Assembly: GCA_963786955.1 (NCBI GenBank)
Contig: CAWBAT010000004.1
Location: 768,001 to 832,000 of the forward strand
Source of the DNA: an uncultured Acidimicrobiia bacterium
Lineage (GTDB): Bacteria > Acidobacteriota > Terriglobia > Versatilivoradales > Versatilivoraceae
Length of the DNA stretch: 64,000 nt
Reading direction: 5' to 3'
Part shown: positions 10,548 to 22,700 of the stretch, one piece after another
Numbering within the stretch: position 1 is the stretch's first letter
How the letters are laid out: every line of letters begins with the position of its first letter
Program-made: the position numbers and the translations under genes
The notes under the pieces: generated by a model
What the model was told of the DNA's origin: nothing
Databases searched by the model: none
What the model saw: only the letters and a program-made list of their open reading frames with translations

Positions 10548-11288
10548 CTACATATACATCCCGCCATTAATATTTAAGACATGACCCGTGATGTAGGCCG
10601 CTTCATCTGAGGCCAGGAATTTCACCCCGTATGCGACCTCGCGGTCCAGTCCCATTCGCCCCAGCGGTATTTTTTCCAAAATCTTTGCCCTGACGGCATC
10701 GGAAAGAGCCTGCGTCATGGCCGTATCAATGAATCCCGGTGCAATTGAATTAACCGTGATATTGCGAGAAGCCACTTCCTGTGCAATCGATCGAGTAAAT
10801 CCGTCGATTCCAGCTTTGGAAGCCGCATAGTTGGCCTGGCCAGGATTTCCGGTCTGCCCAACCACAGAAGAGATATTAATGATCCGTCCATATCGCTGGC
10901 GCAGCATGATTTTGATAGCTTCCTGGGTGCACAAAAAAACCCCTTTCAGATTGCTTTCGATAACGAATCCCAGTCTTCAGCCTTCATCCTTAAGAGCAGT
11001 CCGTCTTTGGTTGACCCCAGCATTATTCACTAGAATATCGAGCCTAGCAAATTCACTGCTCACTCGCGAGAATGCATCCCGGACGTTATCGGCTTGGGTA
11101 ATATCCACCTGGATTGGCAGGATCTGGCGACCCGTGCTCCGAAGCTCTTCGGCAACAAGGTTCAGTTTTTCTAGATTTCTTCCCCCGATGGCCACTTCGG
11201 CACCGGCTTCGGCCAGCACCAAAGCAATGGCTTTGCCAATGCCCTGAGAGCCGCCAGTAATAAAGGCCTTCTTGTCCTTAAGAAGCAT
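10548..11288 (-). CDS. fabG: 3-oxoacyl-ACP reductase (apparent frameshift near 10.95-11.0 kb)
   Basis: [32 protein letters not shown]. Confidence 0.93.
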
Positions 11289-11463
11289 GATTCCGCAATG
11301 ACTCCAAAATCTGTTTCAATCTATTAACTTCTGCTCCCTGGGAAGGAACTCAATCTGGTCTCACAAGGAGTTTCAACCCAGCTCAGGAGCATCAACTCGC
11401 TTCTCATCCATGCCGTCAGGCCAGAGGGACTTCCTCAAAGAACATCCCTGAGATCCATAATTT

Positions 11464-12501
11464 TTAGTTGATGAGGATATTTTCTGATGATGGCCGTTGC
11501 AGAAACTGAAGGGGTTTCACTCCTTGTTCTATGCGTTCGTTCATACGACTGAAGCAACACTCACTGGCAACTCGAATGGCGTTCTTGATGGCTTTTGCAT
11601 TAGAGCTGCCGTGACAAATAATGACAACTCCCTGAACGCCCAGCAACGGAGCACCACCTGTTTCAGAATAATCAATCTTTGCCTTGAAGCTCTGAAATGC
11701 CTGTCTGGAAAGCAACGCCCCAATCTTTGAGGTGAGATGTTTCGACAAGTCCTTCTTCAAAAGAACGGTGAACATCTCCGTTAATCCCTCACCCAGTTTC
11801 AATGCCACATTTCCAACAAAACCATCGCAAACAATGACGTCCACATCGCCCCGAAAGACATCGCGTCCTTCAATATTTCCCACAAAGTTGACTGGAGCCG
11901 CCTTCAGTAGAGGGAAAACCTCTTTGGTGAGCTCGTTCCCTTTACATTCTTCTTCTCCGATCGACAAAAGCCCCACTTTGGGGTGGTTAATCCCCAAAAT
12001 CGAGCGCGAAAAAATTTCCCCCATGATAGCAAACTGCAGCAAGTGAGTCGGCTTACAATCGACATTCGCTCCAACATCCAGTAACAAAGCAGGGCGCCCC
12101 TTGGAAGTTGGGATCACGGCTGCCAGTGCCGGGCGATCGACCATAGGCAATGTTCCCACGACTCGCTTGGCCACCGCCATGGTGGCGCCAGTGTTGCCCG
12201 CGCTCACTACCCCGGCGGCTTTGCCGTCCCGCACAAGTTTAGCAGCAACCCGAATCGAGGAATCCTTCTTCTTGCGAAGGGCAGTCGCAACCGCTTCTTC
12301 CATGGTGATGACTTCGCTAGCTTGTACGATTTCAATCGGCAGGCCTTCCACGTCGTGTTTCTTGAGCTCTTCACGCAGGCGAAGTTCAGGCCCCACGAGA
12401 ATGACGCCGACCTGATATTCCCGAGCGGCCTGGATCGCGCCCAGCACCTCAACGTGTGGAGCACTATCTCCACCCATGGCATCGACGGCTATTTTGATCA
12501 T
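11464..12501 (-). CDS. plsX: phosphate acyltransferase PlsX
   Basis: IAVDAMGGD, SAGNTGA, LLDVGANVDC, VCDGFVGN. Confidence 0.97.
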   Translation of the reverse strand: MIKIAVDAMGGDSAPHVEVLGAIQAAREYQVGVILVGPELRLREELKKHDVEGLPIEIVQASEVITMEEAVATALRKKKDSSIRVAAKLVRDGKAAGVVSAGNTGATMAVAKRVVGTLPMVDRPALAAVIPTSKGRPALLLDVGANVDCKPTHLLQFAIMGEIFSRSILGINHPKVGLLSIGEEECKGNELTKEVFPLLKAAPVNFVGNIEGRDVFRGDVDVIVCDGFVGNVALKLGEGLTEMFTVLLKKDLSKHLTSKIGALLSRQAFQSFKAKIDYSETGGAPLLGVQGVVIICHGSSNAKAIKNAIRVASECCFSRMNERIEQGVKPLQFLQRPSSENILIN

Positions 12502-12528
12502 GTTGGGAGCAGATGAAATCGTGTACCG

Positions 12529-12714
12529 CTAATCTTCTTCGCGAACTTCGACGACCTCTCGCCCTGCATAGAAGCCGCAATGAGGACAAGCCCTGTGTGG
12601 CATCTTCAGTTCATGACAGTTCGGACACTCCGATGACGAGGGGGCCTGAAGAAAATCATGGGCACGCCGTTTGTTTCGGCGGGATTTTGAATGACGTCTT
12701 TTCGGATTCGGCAT
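12529..12714 (-). CDS. rpmF: 50S ribosomal protein L32
   Basis: MPNPKRRHSKSRRNKRRAH...CPNC...CPHCG. Confidence 0.97.
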   Translation of the reverse strand: MPNPKRRHSKSRRNKRRAHDFLQAPSSSECPNCHELKMPHRACPHCGFYAGREVVEVREED

Positions 12715-12784
12715 GATGAATTCTTACCTCAAACAATGACAATGCGATGCGTCCCTCAGGTCAAAGCGGCAAACTCCAACCCAT

Positions 12785-13312
12785 TCAGGAACGAATTCGG
12801 TTTCTAATTTTCGAAAGTTCTGCCAGGCGTGGATCAGAAAGCAGTGTTTCACAGCCACAGGCCTCGGCGTTCAGGTTCTTCCCACAATGAGGGCACAATC
12901 CTTTACAGTCTGCCCGGCAAATCGGCTTCATGGGCAGCGCCAGCAGAATCTGCTCTCGAATAATATCGTTAATCTCAATCGTATCTCCTGAGAAAAATCC
13001 GATATCCGTGTCCTTCTCCTGGAGAGCAATTTCGCCGGAGAGGGGATGAATGGCGTTGGACTCATAAAGCTGGTCAAAATCAGACGCAATAGGGAAGATT
13101 GCAGGTTCCAAACACCTGGAACAGGTCAGCTCTGCCTCCGCCCTCAGCGTTCCCCGCACACGGACATCAAACCCACTCCTCTCCACCAATAGGTTAATTC
13201 CGACTTTCCCTTTGATTTGAATATCGCGGGGGTCGAAATCAAGCTCTTCCTGGCTCAGCGCCGCGGCATAGCGAAGGGGTTTTAGCTCCAAATCTCGAAC
13301 ATCAATACGCAT
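12785..13312 (-). CDS. yceD: DUF177/YceD family protein
   Basis: CSRCL, EQILLALPMKPIC..CKGLCP.CG, DPRL; lies upstream of rpmF. Confidence 0.92.
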   Translation of the reverse strand: MRIDVRDLELKPLRYAAALSQEELDFDPRDIQIKGKVGINLLVERSGFDVRVRGTLRAEAELTCSRCLEPAIFPIASDFDQLYESNAIHPLSGEIALQEKDTDIGFFSGDTIEINDIIREQILLALPMKPICRADCKGLCPHCGKNLNAEACGCETLLSDPRLAELSKIRNRIRS

Positions 13313-13382
13313 AAAGGCGACCTAACTGCCTAAAATGCAAAACGTTTATTATATAGGCCACGACAACCTTGTCAACTCTAAA

Positions 13383-13940
13383 TCACCTCTCGTACATCCC
13401 CTCCAGTCTGGCCGAAGCCAACACCTTTCCTTCGATGGCCTTGCTAAAGGCCGCCGAACCGGCATCAGAAGGCAGATCCAGCTTTTCAACGTTGAGGCAA
13501 TAAAGAAGAAATTCGTATTGGTGAACTCCGGAACCCTTGGGCGGCTGTGGTCCTCCCCATCCCAACGAGCCAAAGGAATTTCTCAGCTCGATACTCCCGG
13601 CCGGCATCTTGTTTGTGCGAGAAGCTCCTTCAGATATGCTGTTTACAGGGTACGGGATATTCACGACAAGCCAGTGCAGCCAGTTGGCGGCGATGGGATG
13701 CCGGTCGATACAGACGAGTGCAAAGGATTTGGTTTCCGCAGGAGGATTGGCCCATTTTAAGGCCGGGGAAATATTCCGGGCCCCTGGAACCCCTGTGTAC
13801 GCATGAAAAGTCGGAATTGTTTTGCCTTCTCCAAAATTAGTCGACGTCAGCTGGAACTTGTCCACGGCGGTGGACAGCAGGAAGAATCCCCCACACGTCA
13901 CGGTTAGCAAGGTGGACGCGAGACAGTTATCGAGTATCAT
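13383..13940 (-). CDS. YbhB/YbcL family (PEBP / Raf kinase inhibitor-like) protein
   Basis: NISPALKW, WLHWLVVNIP, GWGGPQPP.GSGVHQYEF. Confidence 0.9.
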   Translation of the reverse strand: MILDNCLASTLLTVTCGGFFLLSTAVDKFQLTSTNFGEGKTIPTFHAYTGVPGARNISPALKWANPPAETKSFALVCIDRHPIAANWLHWLVVNIPYPVNSISEGASRTNKMPAGSIELRNSFGSLGWGGPQPPKGSGVHQYEFLLYCLNVEKLDLPSDAGSAAFSKAIEGKVLASARLEGMYER

Positions 13941-14165
13941 GTTGAGCCTCCTTGATCCGCCATTGTGGATCTCTTAGCATTCATTAGGCCGATGAAGCAC
14001 TCATTGCTTCATCATAATACGATTCCAAAATGCGAGCCATCGTAACAAAATGTTTGAAAACCGATTGCGACGCGAAGACAGGACTTCGGTTAGAATAAGG
14101 CTGCTGACAATGATTCAAATCATTGATCAGACTGCCGAAAGCCGCGGGCATTCGAGGAAAATCAC

Positions 14166-15147
14166 ATGGACGCAATAAGAGATTCCTACCTGAAGGAACA
14201 GTTACAGAAACGACGTGCAAAACTTCTCGTGAGTACATCTCAAAATAAGGAGAATTCCGGTGTCCTTCGTCTATTGAAAGAGGTCGATGACGCCCTGCAA
14301 AGAATGGAGGATGGGACCTATGGACTTTGTGAAACGCTGCCATGATTGTGTTGAAAAAGACCGGTTACTGGTCAATCCTCTCTTGAAGTATTGCCTCGAT
14401 CATTTATCGTCCGAGGAGCAGCGGGCTCTTGAGCAGGACCTGGAACTCGCCTCCAAAGTTCAGGGACAGCTCCTTCCAGAACAAAATGTCACGTATAATG
14501 GTTGGGAAATCTCTTATTATTACGAGCCTGCAGGCCCTGTGAGCGGGGACTATTGTGACTTGATCAAATCGGACGAGGGAAACTTATACTTTCTGTTGGG
14601 AGATGTAGCGGGCAAGGGGATTTCCGCTTCCATGCTGATGGCTCACTTACACGCCACCTTCCGGACCCTCATCGCCCTGAACTTGAGTTTGCCCGAGATG
14701 GTGAGCAAAGCGAATCGACTTTTTTCTCAGACTACGATGGCCGATTCCTATGCTACGCTGATCTGCGGCCGGGCCAGCCAAAGAGGGGAAGTTGAGTTGA
14801 GTAATGCTGGCCACTGTCCTCCCCTAGTCAGCCAGTCTGGTCGAGTTACGAGCATTGAAGCCACCGGGCTTCCGGTTGGCATATTTCCAGACGGACAATT
14901 CGGAACGAAGACTTTTCGGCTGCAGCCTGGAGAAAGCGTAGTTATTTATTCGGACGGATTCTCTGAAGCACGCGACCTTTCAAATCGCGAGTATGGAACC
15001 GAACGAATGTCTTCTTTGCTTATCAAAAACTTCGGATTGTCAGCAGAGGAATTGATAGGAGTATGCGCCGCAGACCTTCTGGAATTCCGGCAGGGGAACC
15101 AGCAGGCCGATGATCTTTCGATGATGGTCATGCGCCGGATGGAGTAA
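14166..15147 (+). CDS. SpoIIE/RsbU-type PP2C phosphatase with an N-terminal DksA/TraR-like Zn-finger region (frameshift near 14335)
   Basis: From ATG 14166: [19 protein letters not shown], then [10 protein letters not shown]..NP...CLDH; followed by SGDYCD, GDVAGKG, NAGH, YSDGFSEA, DDLS. Confidence 0.85.
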
Positions 15148-15190
15148 CCCCAATTCTTGTAGTGGTATTTGATATTCGACAGGAGAATCC

Positions 15191-16648
15191 ATGCAGAAAG
15201 AGAGTAGCGATATCGGCCTTATTGGGCTTGCGGTGATGGGGCAAAATCTTGTTCTGAACATGAATGACCACGGGTACAAAGTGGCTGTTTTTAATCGTAC
15301 CGTATCGAAGGTGGACGATTTCATCAAGAATGAGGCTGCAGGAACCAAAGTTGTGGGAACTTATTCCATTGAGGAGTTGGTCAGCACACTCAAGCGCCCC
15401 CGTCGGGTCATGTTAATGGTCAAGGCCGGTGACACAGTGGACCAATTTATCAACCAATTAACATTGTACCTTGAACCGGGTGACATCATCATCGACGGTG
15501 GAAACTCGCATTACCCCGACACTAACCGTCGGACCCAATCGCTTGCTGATAAAGGTATTCTTTTTATCGGGACGGGGGTTTCCGGGGGAGAGGAGGGAGC
15601 AAGACATGGACCGTCCATCATGCCAGGAGGGAATTCGGAAGCCTGGCCTCATGTCAAAGATATCTTCCAATCCATCGCAGCAAAGGTTGAGGATGGAACG
15701 CCTTGCTGTGATTGGGTGGGTGAGGCCGGCGCTGGCCACTACGTCAAAATGGTGCATAACGGAATCGAATATGGCGACATGCAGCTGATTTGCGAAGCGT
15801 ACCACCTTTTGAAAGCCACATTGGGATTGGACGCGGACTATCTCCATGACGTATTTGCGGACTGGAACGCCGGGGAATTGGACAGTTATCTGATCGAGAT
15901 TACCAGCCATATTTTTTCTATGAAGGATGAAGATGGAACCCCGCTTGTCGAGAAAATTCTGGATGCTGCTGGTCAAAAGGGGACCGGGAAATGGACCGTG
16001 GTCAATGCGCTGGAACTCGGAACCCCGGTAACCTTGATCGGGGAAGCTGTCTTTTCACGTTGCCTATCCGCTCTCAAGGGAGAGCGGGTGGCCTCTTCGA
16101 AGGTCCTTTCAGGCCCTATCATCTCATTCAAAGGGGATAAAGGGGCATTCATTGAAGATGTTCGTCGCGCCCTATACTGCTCCAAGCTCATCTCTTATGC
16201 GCAAGGGTTCATGCTCATGCGTGAAGCTGCCCGGGACCAGGGTTGGAAACTGAATTTCGGCGGCGTTGCACTGATGTGGCGCGGAGGCTGTATTATCCGT
16301 AGCCGCTTCCTCGGCAAAATCAAAGAGGCCTTCGATAAGAATCCGCATTTGGAGAATTTACTCTTAGACGATTTCTTCAGCCAAGTCCTGAGCCGTTACC
16401 AGCTTTCATGGCGAAATGCCATTATTCAAGCAGTTCTGTCGGGTGTTCCCACTCCCGCCTTTTCCACCGCACTCGCATTTTTTGACGGTTACCGAACAGA
16501 AAGACTACCAGCTAACTTATTGCAGGCACAGCGTGACTACTTTGGGGCACACACCTATGAGCGAGTGGATTCTCCTCGCGGGAAATTCTTCCATACAAAC
16601 TGGACGGGTAAGGGGGGAAGGGTCGCTTCGGGATCGTATACCGTTTAG
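15191..16648 (+). CDS. gnd: 6-phosphogluconate dehydrogenase (NADP, decarboxylating)
   Basis: IGLAVMGQNL, VKMVHNGIEYGDMQLI, QAQRDYFGAHTY. Confidence 0.98.
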   Translation: MQKESSDIGLIGLAVMGQNLVLNMNDHGYKVAVFNRTVSKVDDFIKNEAAGTKVVGTYSIEELVSTLKRPRRVMLMVKAGDTVDQFINQLTLYLEPGDIIIDGGNSHYPDTNRRTQSLADKGILFIGTGVSGGEEGARHGPSIMPGGNSEAWPHVKDIFQSIAAKVEDGTPCCDWVGEAGAGHYVKMVHNGIEYGDMQLICEAYHLLKATLGLDADYLHDVFADWNAGELDSYLIEITSHIFSMKDEDGTPLVEKILDAAGQKGTGKWTVVNALELGTPVTLIGEAVFSRCLSALKGERVASSKVLSGPIISFKGDKGAFIEDVRRALYCSKLISYAQGFMLMREAARDQGWKLNFGGVALMWRGGCIIRSRFLGKIKEAFDKNPHLENLLLDDFFSQVLSRYQLSWRNAIIQAVLSGVPTPAFSTALAFFDGYRTERLPANLLQAQRDYFGAHTYERVDSPRGKFFHTNWTGKGGRVASGSYTV

Positions 16649-17028
16649 GCATTCGGGTCCCAGAACACGGTGAAATATGTTGTTATAGGGGAACTTGGGA
16701 AACTTCGGGTCACATCTCGTTATTCAAGAAATTAGGGGCAAAATGGGCGGGTGGCGCACATGCGTCCTTTGCATGTCTTCGAAGAAGCTATCTCTTGAAA
16801 GACCGATGAGGAAGAAGAGATTGCTGTCGCACTTATTAAATGACTGAATCTTTGCGGTAAGTCTTTTGATCTACATATAGCTGTAGAATGGTCTCCCGTT
16901 AATTTCCTTTTGCCCTTCCTTTAGGCCCCCCTCTCGAATGGTTCCTCCAGAGCTTGGTAGAGAACCCAAGCGGGATCAGTAATTAACAGGTCGCTCCTGA
17001 CGGCAGCTTTCTTCTTTAACGAACAGCA

Positions 17029-17312
17029 GATTCTATACACAGATCGCTGCTCTGCGGCTTTGCGAGAATGTAGCGCGGACCCGATTTCCGGGTCCGCGGC
17101 CTTTCTCCTTAACGGTTTCAAAAAAACCGCAGAGTCAAAAATCGACTGCGCTACGGGCTAACATCAGGTTCTATACACAGATCGCTGCTTGCTCATGCGG
17201 CTATGAGAGAATGCAGCGCGGACCTCATCTCCGGGACGGCGGCCTTCTCCCTAACGGCTTCAAGCCTCACTCACACCTGCAAGAGGGAAAGATCGACTAC
17301 TTTCCGCGCTAC
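17029..17312. repeat. tandem duplicated REP-like element (GTAG type)
   Basis: TCTATACACAGATCGCTGC..GAGAATGYAGCGCGGACC..GCGGCCTT..TAACGG occurs twice about 138 bp apart; hairpin GCGGACCCG..CGGGTCCGC; units end in GCGCTAC. Confidence 0.7.
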
Positions 17313-17537
17313 TGGCTTATCCCCGTAAGAGGATTCGATAGACATCGCAAAACGATGTATTCGCCACCGCGTAAGTACCAAGGTTCATCAATAAGGCATT
17401 CAGTTCTAGGGTTAATTCACACACCCGTTTGGGTGAAATCAGCTAATCCGTCCTGGTTCCCTCCCTTTTCACCGCTCAATCTGACCCTCCTTGGTGTTAC
17501 TGGAATAGTTTGGGTTTTTCCTTCTCTTCGTCTCATT

Positions 17538-17552
17538 TGGCTTATGGTTTGC
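17538..17552 (+). promoter_or_regulatory. putative sigma54 promoter
   Basis: TGGCTTATGGTTTGC upstream of the USP gene. Confidence 0.55.
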
Positions 17553-17631
17553 AGTGCTGTATCTAGAGTGGGGCCTTGGTTTGCCCCTATCATTTGTGGA
17601 ACGTATATTCATGAAACAAGGAGAGAGGCAT

Positions 17632-18639
17632 ATGAAACTTAAAACAGTTCTTTGCCCTGTTGATTTCTCCAAAGTGTCCTCAAAGGAAATCGGATTGGCT
17701 TCACAAATCTGTGAGCGCTTTGCTGCCCGACTTGTACTCCAGCACAACATCGATTACATTCCCCCGATTTATTTGGCTAATGCGTGGATGTATTCTGAAA
17801 CTCATATGGCCCCAGAAGAGGAGAAAGAGTCTCAGGCAGAAAGGCTGTTGCAGGAATTGCTCGCAAAATTGCCATCCACTCTCCAATTTGAAGGGAAGAT
17901 CACCTTTGGTCGCCTGGATGAGTCGATCTTACATTTAGCCCGGAAATTACCTGCAGACCTTATTGTCATGGGAACACATGGCGCTAGCAGCCCTGAGCAT
18001 GCCTCGCACACCGACCGGGTATTGGCACAAGCTCCCTGCCCTATTCTCACAATTCGTGATGAAGTTCCCGAGTCACGACTTCCTTCTTTTAAGTCAGCAG
18101 GTGAGCCGACTCAGCTCGCTGTCATGCTGCCGATGGACTTTTCGACGCATTCCTTGCATGCGCTGGAGTTTGCCTTTGGATTGATGGAAGACCTGCCGGT
18201 ACGACTCCATCTCCTCCATATAGAAGGTCCAATCGCTTGGGATGATATAGGAGGGATCGCCCACTTGAATCTGCATGAGAAAAAACAGCAGCGGCTAGCT
18301 CATTCCCTGGAAAGGCTAAAAGCATTAATACCTGAAGATTTTTCCGCCCGAGTCAATTGTGTCGTAAGGATGGGATCGGTAGTCGAGGAGATTGTGACTT
18401 ATGCCAATAACATCGCGGCTTCCTTTGTAATTATGGGTGCCCATCCGAAAAACATTTTTGACAAACTGTTGTTTGGGGTAACGTCTAAAGGCGTGCTGCA
18501 TCAAAGCCCTTGTCCAGTGTGGCTTGTCCCGACGGGAAAGAGCAGCGGGAGCGTAGGGCATTGGACCTCGATCAATTCAGAAGCGAATCCCATTCAGCGC
18601 AAGGACCTGGACCTGAACACTTCATTGGTTGAAAAGTAG
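17632..18639 (+). CDS. tandem-domain universal stress protein
   Basis: VLCPVDFS..DLIVMGTHG..APCPILT, and a second domain MLPMDFS..VIMGAH..FGVTS..SPCPVWLV. Confidence 0.92.
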   Translation: MKLKTVLCPVDFSKVSSKEIGLASQICERFAARLVLQHNIDYIPPIYLANAWMYSETHMAPEEEKESQAERLLQELLAKLPSTLQFEGKITFGRLDESILHLARKLPADLIVMGTHGASSPEHASHTDRVLAQAPCPILTIRDEVPESRLPSFKSAGEPTQLAVMLPMDFSTHSLHALEFAFGLMEDLPVRLHLLHIEGPIAWDDIGGIAHLNLHEKKQQRLAHSLERLKALIPEDFSARVNCVVRMGSVVEEIVTYANNIAASFVIMGAHPKNIFDKLLFGVTSKGVLHQSPCPVWLVPTGKSSGSVGHWTSINSEANPIQRKDLDLNTSLVEK

Positions 18640-18640
18640 G

Positions 18641-19634
18641 CTAAACATAGCTTTTGAGGGCCTTCATGTAATTGGCACGTTCAAAGGCAGAGGGGTGTGG
18701 GCAGGATTTGTGGCTCATACTGCCTTTCATTTGTTCGACCGACTCATATTCGTGTTGTTCCATCCACTGGACCATTTCCAGTTCTACTTCTCTTATCCGC
18801 CGCAGTCCATTCTTTAGTAGCGCCGAGCACATCATCGTCACGTCCGCTCCTACCATGAGCATCTTGAGGACATCCGGGGCAGAGTGAATCCCCCCCGTGG
18901 CCGCAAGACTGGAATTGACCTTCCCGTAGAGGATTGCAATCCAACGCAAGGGCAATCGGAGCGCCTGCGGGTGTACTGAGAATGACATTCGGGACGACTT
19001 CAAGCAGCTCCAGGTCAATATCCGGCTGGTAGAATCGATTGAAGAGCACGAGACCATTGGCTCCTGCATAGGAAAGCCGTTTGGCCATCGAGGCCATGTT
19101 GCTGAAAAACGGGCTCATTTTGATCGCCACTGGAATCTTGATCGTCCGTCTCACATCTGCCAGCACGTTGACATACATTTGTTCCACTTCGACGCCGGGC
19201 AAATCGGGATCCGTGGGAATGTAATAGATATTCAATTCAAGAGCATCCACTCCGGTCTCTTCAATCAATTTCGCGTACTTGATCCATCCTCCCGTGGAAA
19301 CCCCATTCAAGGAGCCAATGACCGGAATTTGAACCACTTCTTTGGCCTTATGAAGGTGTTCCAAATATTCGTCCGGTCCCAATTCGTATTCGTTGGCTTC
19401 AGGGAAGTAATTCAAAGCCTCCGCATAACTGTAGGAACCATAGGTGAGGTAATGATCCAACTCGTGGGCCTCGTGGAGGATTTCCTCTTCGAACAACGAG
19501 TGAACCACGATCGCAGCCACCCCGGCGTCTTCCAGCGCACGAATCTTGCTGATGGTGTTGGTCAATGCACCGCAGGCTGAGGAAACCAGCGGAGTCCGGA
19601 GCTTCAAACCGATATAAGTGGTGCTTAGGTCCAT
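18641..19634 (-). CDS. dihydroorotate dehydrogenase-like protein (nifJ-associated), frameshift near 18970
   Basis: [49 protein letters not shown]. Confidence 0.9.
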
Positions 19635-19765
19635 GGGATTTATCCTTCCGTCTCGAATCGAACAAATTAATTGAAAAACAAGTTCTTCCGGCGGTCCTTG
19701 ACCGCCTGCATATTCATTCTTTTCCCAAACGGGACTTTCCGATGCAGTGGATTCAGTCCCGCCGT

Positions 19766-22700
19766 TTAGTGTTGTTCAAGGACCGGCGGGCTGAAATCCA
19801 GGGCAGCTAATTCTTCATAAATCCGCCAACGATTGTCCGCATCCTGCTGGGCTCGCCTCAGGAGTTCTTTCGCTTCTTCCGGTCGGGTCTTGGTTAACAT
19901 CTTGTAACGGTTTTCAAGATAAGAATACTCTTCAAACCGGATCTTAGGCTTTTTGTAATCTAACTGGAGCGGGTTCTTCCCCTCTTTGACGAGATCGGGA
20001 TTGTACCGGTACATCGGCCAATGTCCCGAAAGTACGGCTGCCTTTTGATTGTCCATAGCGGTTCGCATATTGATGCCATGGGCAATGCAATGACTATAAG
20101 CGATGATAAGGGAGGGACCATTGAAAGCCTCTGCTTCGGCAATGGCTTTGACCGTCTGGACATCACTCGCTCCCATGGCCACCTGTGCCACATAGATGGT
20201 TCCATATCCCATCATGATCTTTCCCAAATCCTTCTTGCCGACTGTCTTGCCTCCCGCCGCAAACTTGGCGACGGCACCCAGCGGAGTCGCTTTTGACATT
20301 TGCCCGCCGGTATTCGAATAAACTTCAGTATCGAGGACCATGACGTTGACGTTCCGGCCCGAAGCCAGCACATGATCAAGTCCACCAAACCCGATGTCGT
20401 AGGCCCAACCATCCCCGCCAATGATCCAAACCGATTTCTTCACCAGGTAATCTGCCAGAGAAAGGAGGTTGCGGGCGTCAGGGGTATTGATCTGAAGCAA
20501 AATTTTCTTCAGCTGGTCAACTTTGAGCCGCTGTTCATGAATTTCCGCTTCGTCGTTTTGCGGAGCTTGAATCAATTCACGGGCCAGTTCTTCACCAATC
20601 TGACTCGCCATTTTTTCGACAAGTCCTTTGGCCTGTTGTGTCTGCAAGTCAAGGGTTAGCCGGAATCCCAGCCCGAATTCCGCATTATCCTCAAACAATG
20701 AATTGGCCCAAGCAGGACCTCGCCCTTCTTTAGTCTGGGCCCAAGGGGTGGTGGGAAGATTCCCCCCATAAATCGAGGAACAGCCCGTTGCATTGGCGAC
20801 AATCAACCGGTCCCCATACATTTGCGTCAGCAACTTTAAGTAGGGGGTTTCTCCACACCCGGAACAAGCGCCGGAATACTCGAAAAGGGGTTGCAAGACT
20901 TGCGATCCTTTGATACTGGCAACCTTGACTCGTCGGCGATCGTACTCCGGCAGGTCGAGGAAGAAGGCGTAATTTTCCTTTTCCTGCTCGCGAATCGGAA
21001 GCTGCGGGGCCATGTTGAGCGCCTTGATCCTGACTTCCTTCTTGCTCTTGGCTGGGCAGACGTGAACACAAATCCCGCAACCCGTGCAGTCTTCAGGAGC
21101 TGTCTGGATTGACATCTTCATCCCTTCAAATTCCTGACCTTTGTAGTCCATGGATTTGAAAGTCGCGGGGGCATCCGCTCAGGAGCTGTGGATCATAAAC
21201 CTTAATTCGAATGGCTGCGTGCGGGCATACCAGCGCACACTTGGCGCATTGAATGCAGATCTCCTCTTCCCAGACTGGAATCTCCAAGGCTATGTTCCTC
21301 TTCTCCCATTGGGCTGTCGCCGTCGGGAATGTACCGTCCACAGGCAATGCGCTGACCGGGAGAGAATCTCCCAGCCCGGAGATGATGGTGGCCGTCACAG
21401 ATTGAACAAAATCCGGGGCTTCCTTCGCAACCATGGGGGGACGAGAGACCTTGCTTGTGACCTGCTCTGGAATCTTGACTTCAAACAAATTGGCCAGGGT
21501 CTTGTCAATCGCGTCAAAGTTCTTTTGGACGATCACTTCCCCTTTGCTCCCGTAAGTCTTACGGATGGAGCTCTTGATCTTTTCGATGGCTTCAGCTTGT
21601 GGCAGGATGCCGCAGATGGCAAAGAAACAGGTCTGCATGACCGTGTTAATTCGACCGCCCATCCCCGTTTCCGCCGCCACCTTAATGGCATCGATAACAA
21701 AAAAGCGCAACCGTTTCTCAAGGATGTCTCGCTGAACTTCGCGCGGCAGATAATCCCAAACTTCATTCGGCCCATAAGGGCTATTCAGTAAGAAAGTCGC
21801 TCCGGGAATGGCACTGGACGAGGACATCGTAGCGCTCCAGAAACTGAAACTGATGGCAAGCTACGAAATTGGCCGCTGTAATGAGATAGGTCGAATGGAT
21901 AGGGTTGGGGCCGAATCGTAAGTGGGAAACTGTGACGGAACCGGCTTTCTTGGAATCGTAGACAAAATATCCCTGTGCGTAATTGTCCGTATCTTCTCCG
22001 ATGATTTTGATGGAGTTCTTGTTGGCGCTGACGGTTCCATCAGATCCCAGACCGTAAAAAATTCCCCGAAAAACGTTGTCCGGCTCAATGGAAAAGGCAT
22101 GGTCGTAATCCAGATGCGTGTCCGAGATGTCATCGACGATCCCCACCGTGAAATGGTTCTTGGGGATCTCCTTCTTCAGTTCCCGGAAGATGCCCTCAAT
22201 CATGGCGGGTGTAAATTCTTTGGAGGAAAGTCCGTAACGTCCTCCCACGACTCGTGGCAACTGTCGCCAAGGCAATTTGCCATCCGCCTGTACTTCGCTA
22301 ATAGCCGTTACGAGGTCCTGGTAGAGCGGCTCCCCTATAGTACCGGGCTCCTTGGTGCGATCTAAAACTGCAATGGCTCGGACCGTAGCAGGCATCGTTT
22401 TCACAAACTGCTCAAGGGAGAACGGCCGGAACAACCGTACTTTGAGAACACCGACCTTTTCACCCTTGCCCGCAAGAAATTCCACGGTCTCATGGACTGC
22501 CTCGGCTCCCGAGCCCATCAGCACCAACACGCGCTCGGCATCGGGGGCTCCCACATAATCGAATAGATGGTATTGCCGTCCTGTCAGGGCCGCAAACCGA
22601 TCCATCGTCTTTTGCACGATTTCCGGACAAACCTGGTAGAAAGGATTGCACCCTTCACGGGCTTGGAAGAAGACATCGGGGTTTTGGGCAGAGCCCCGCA

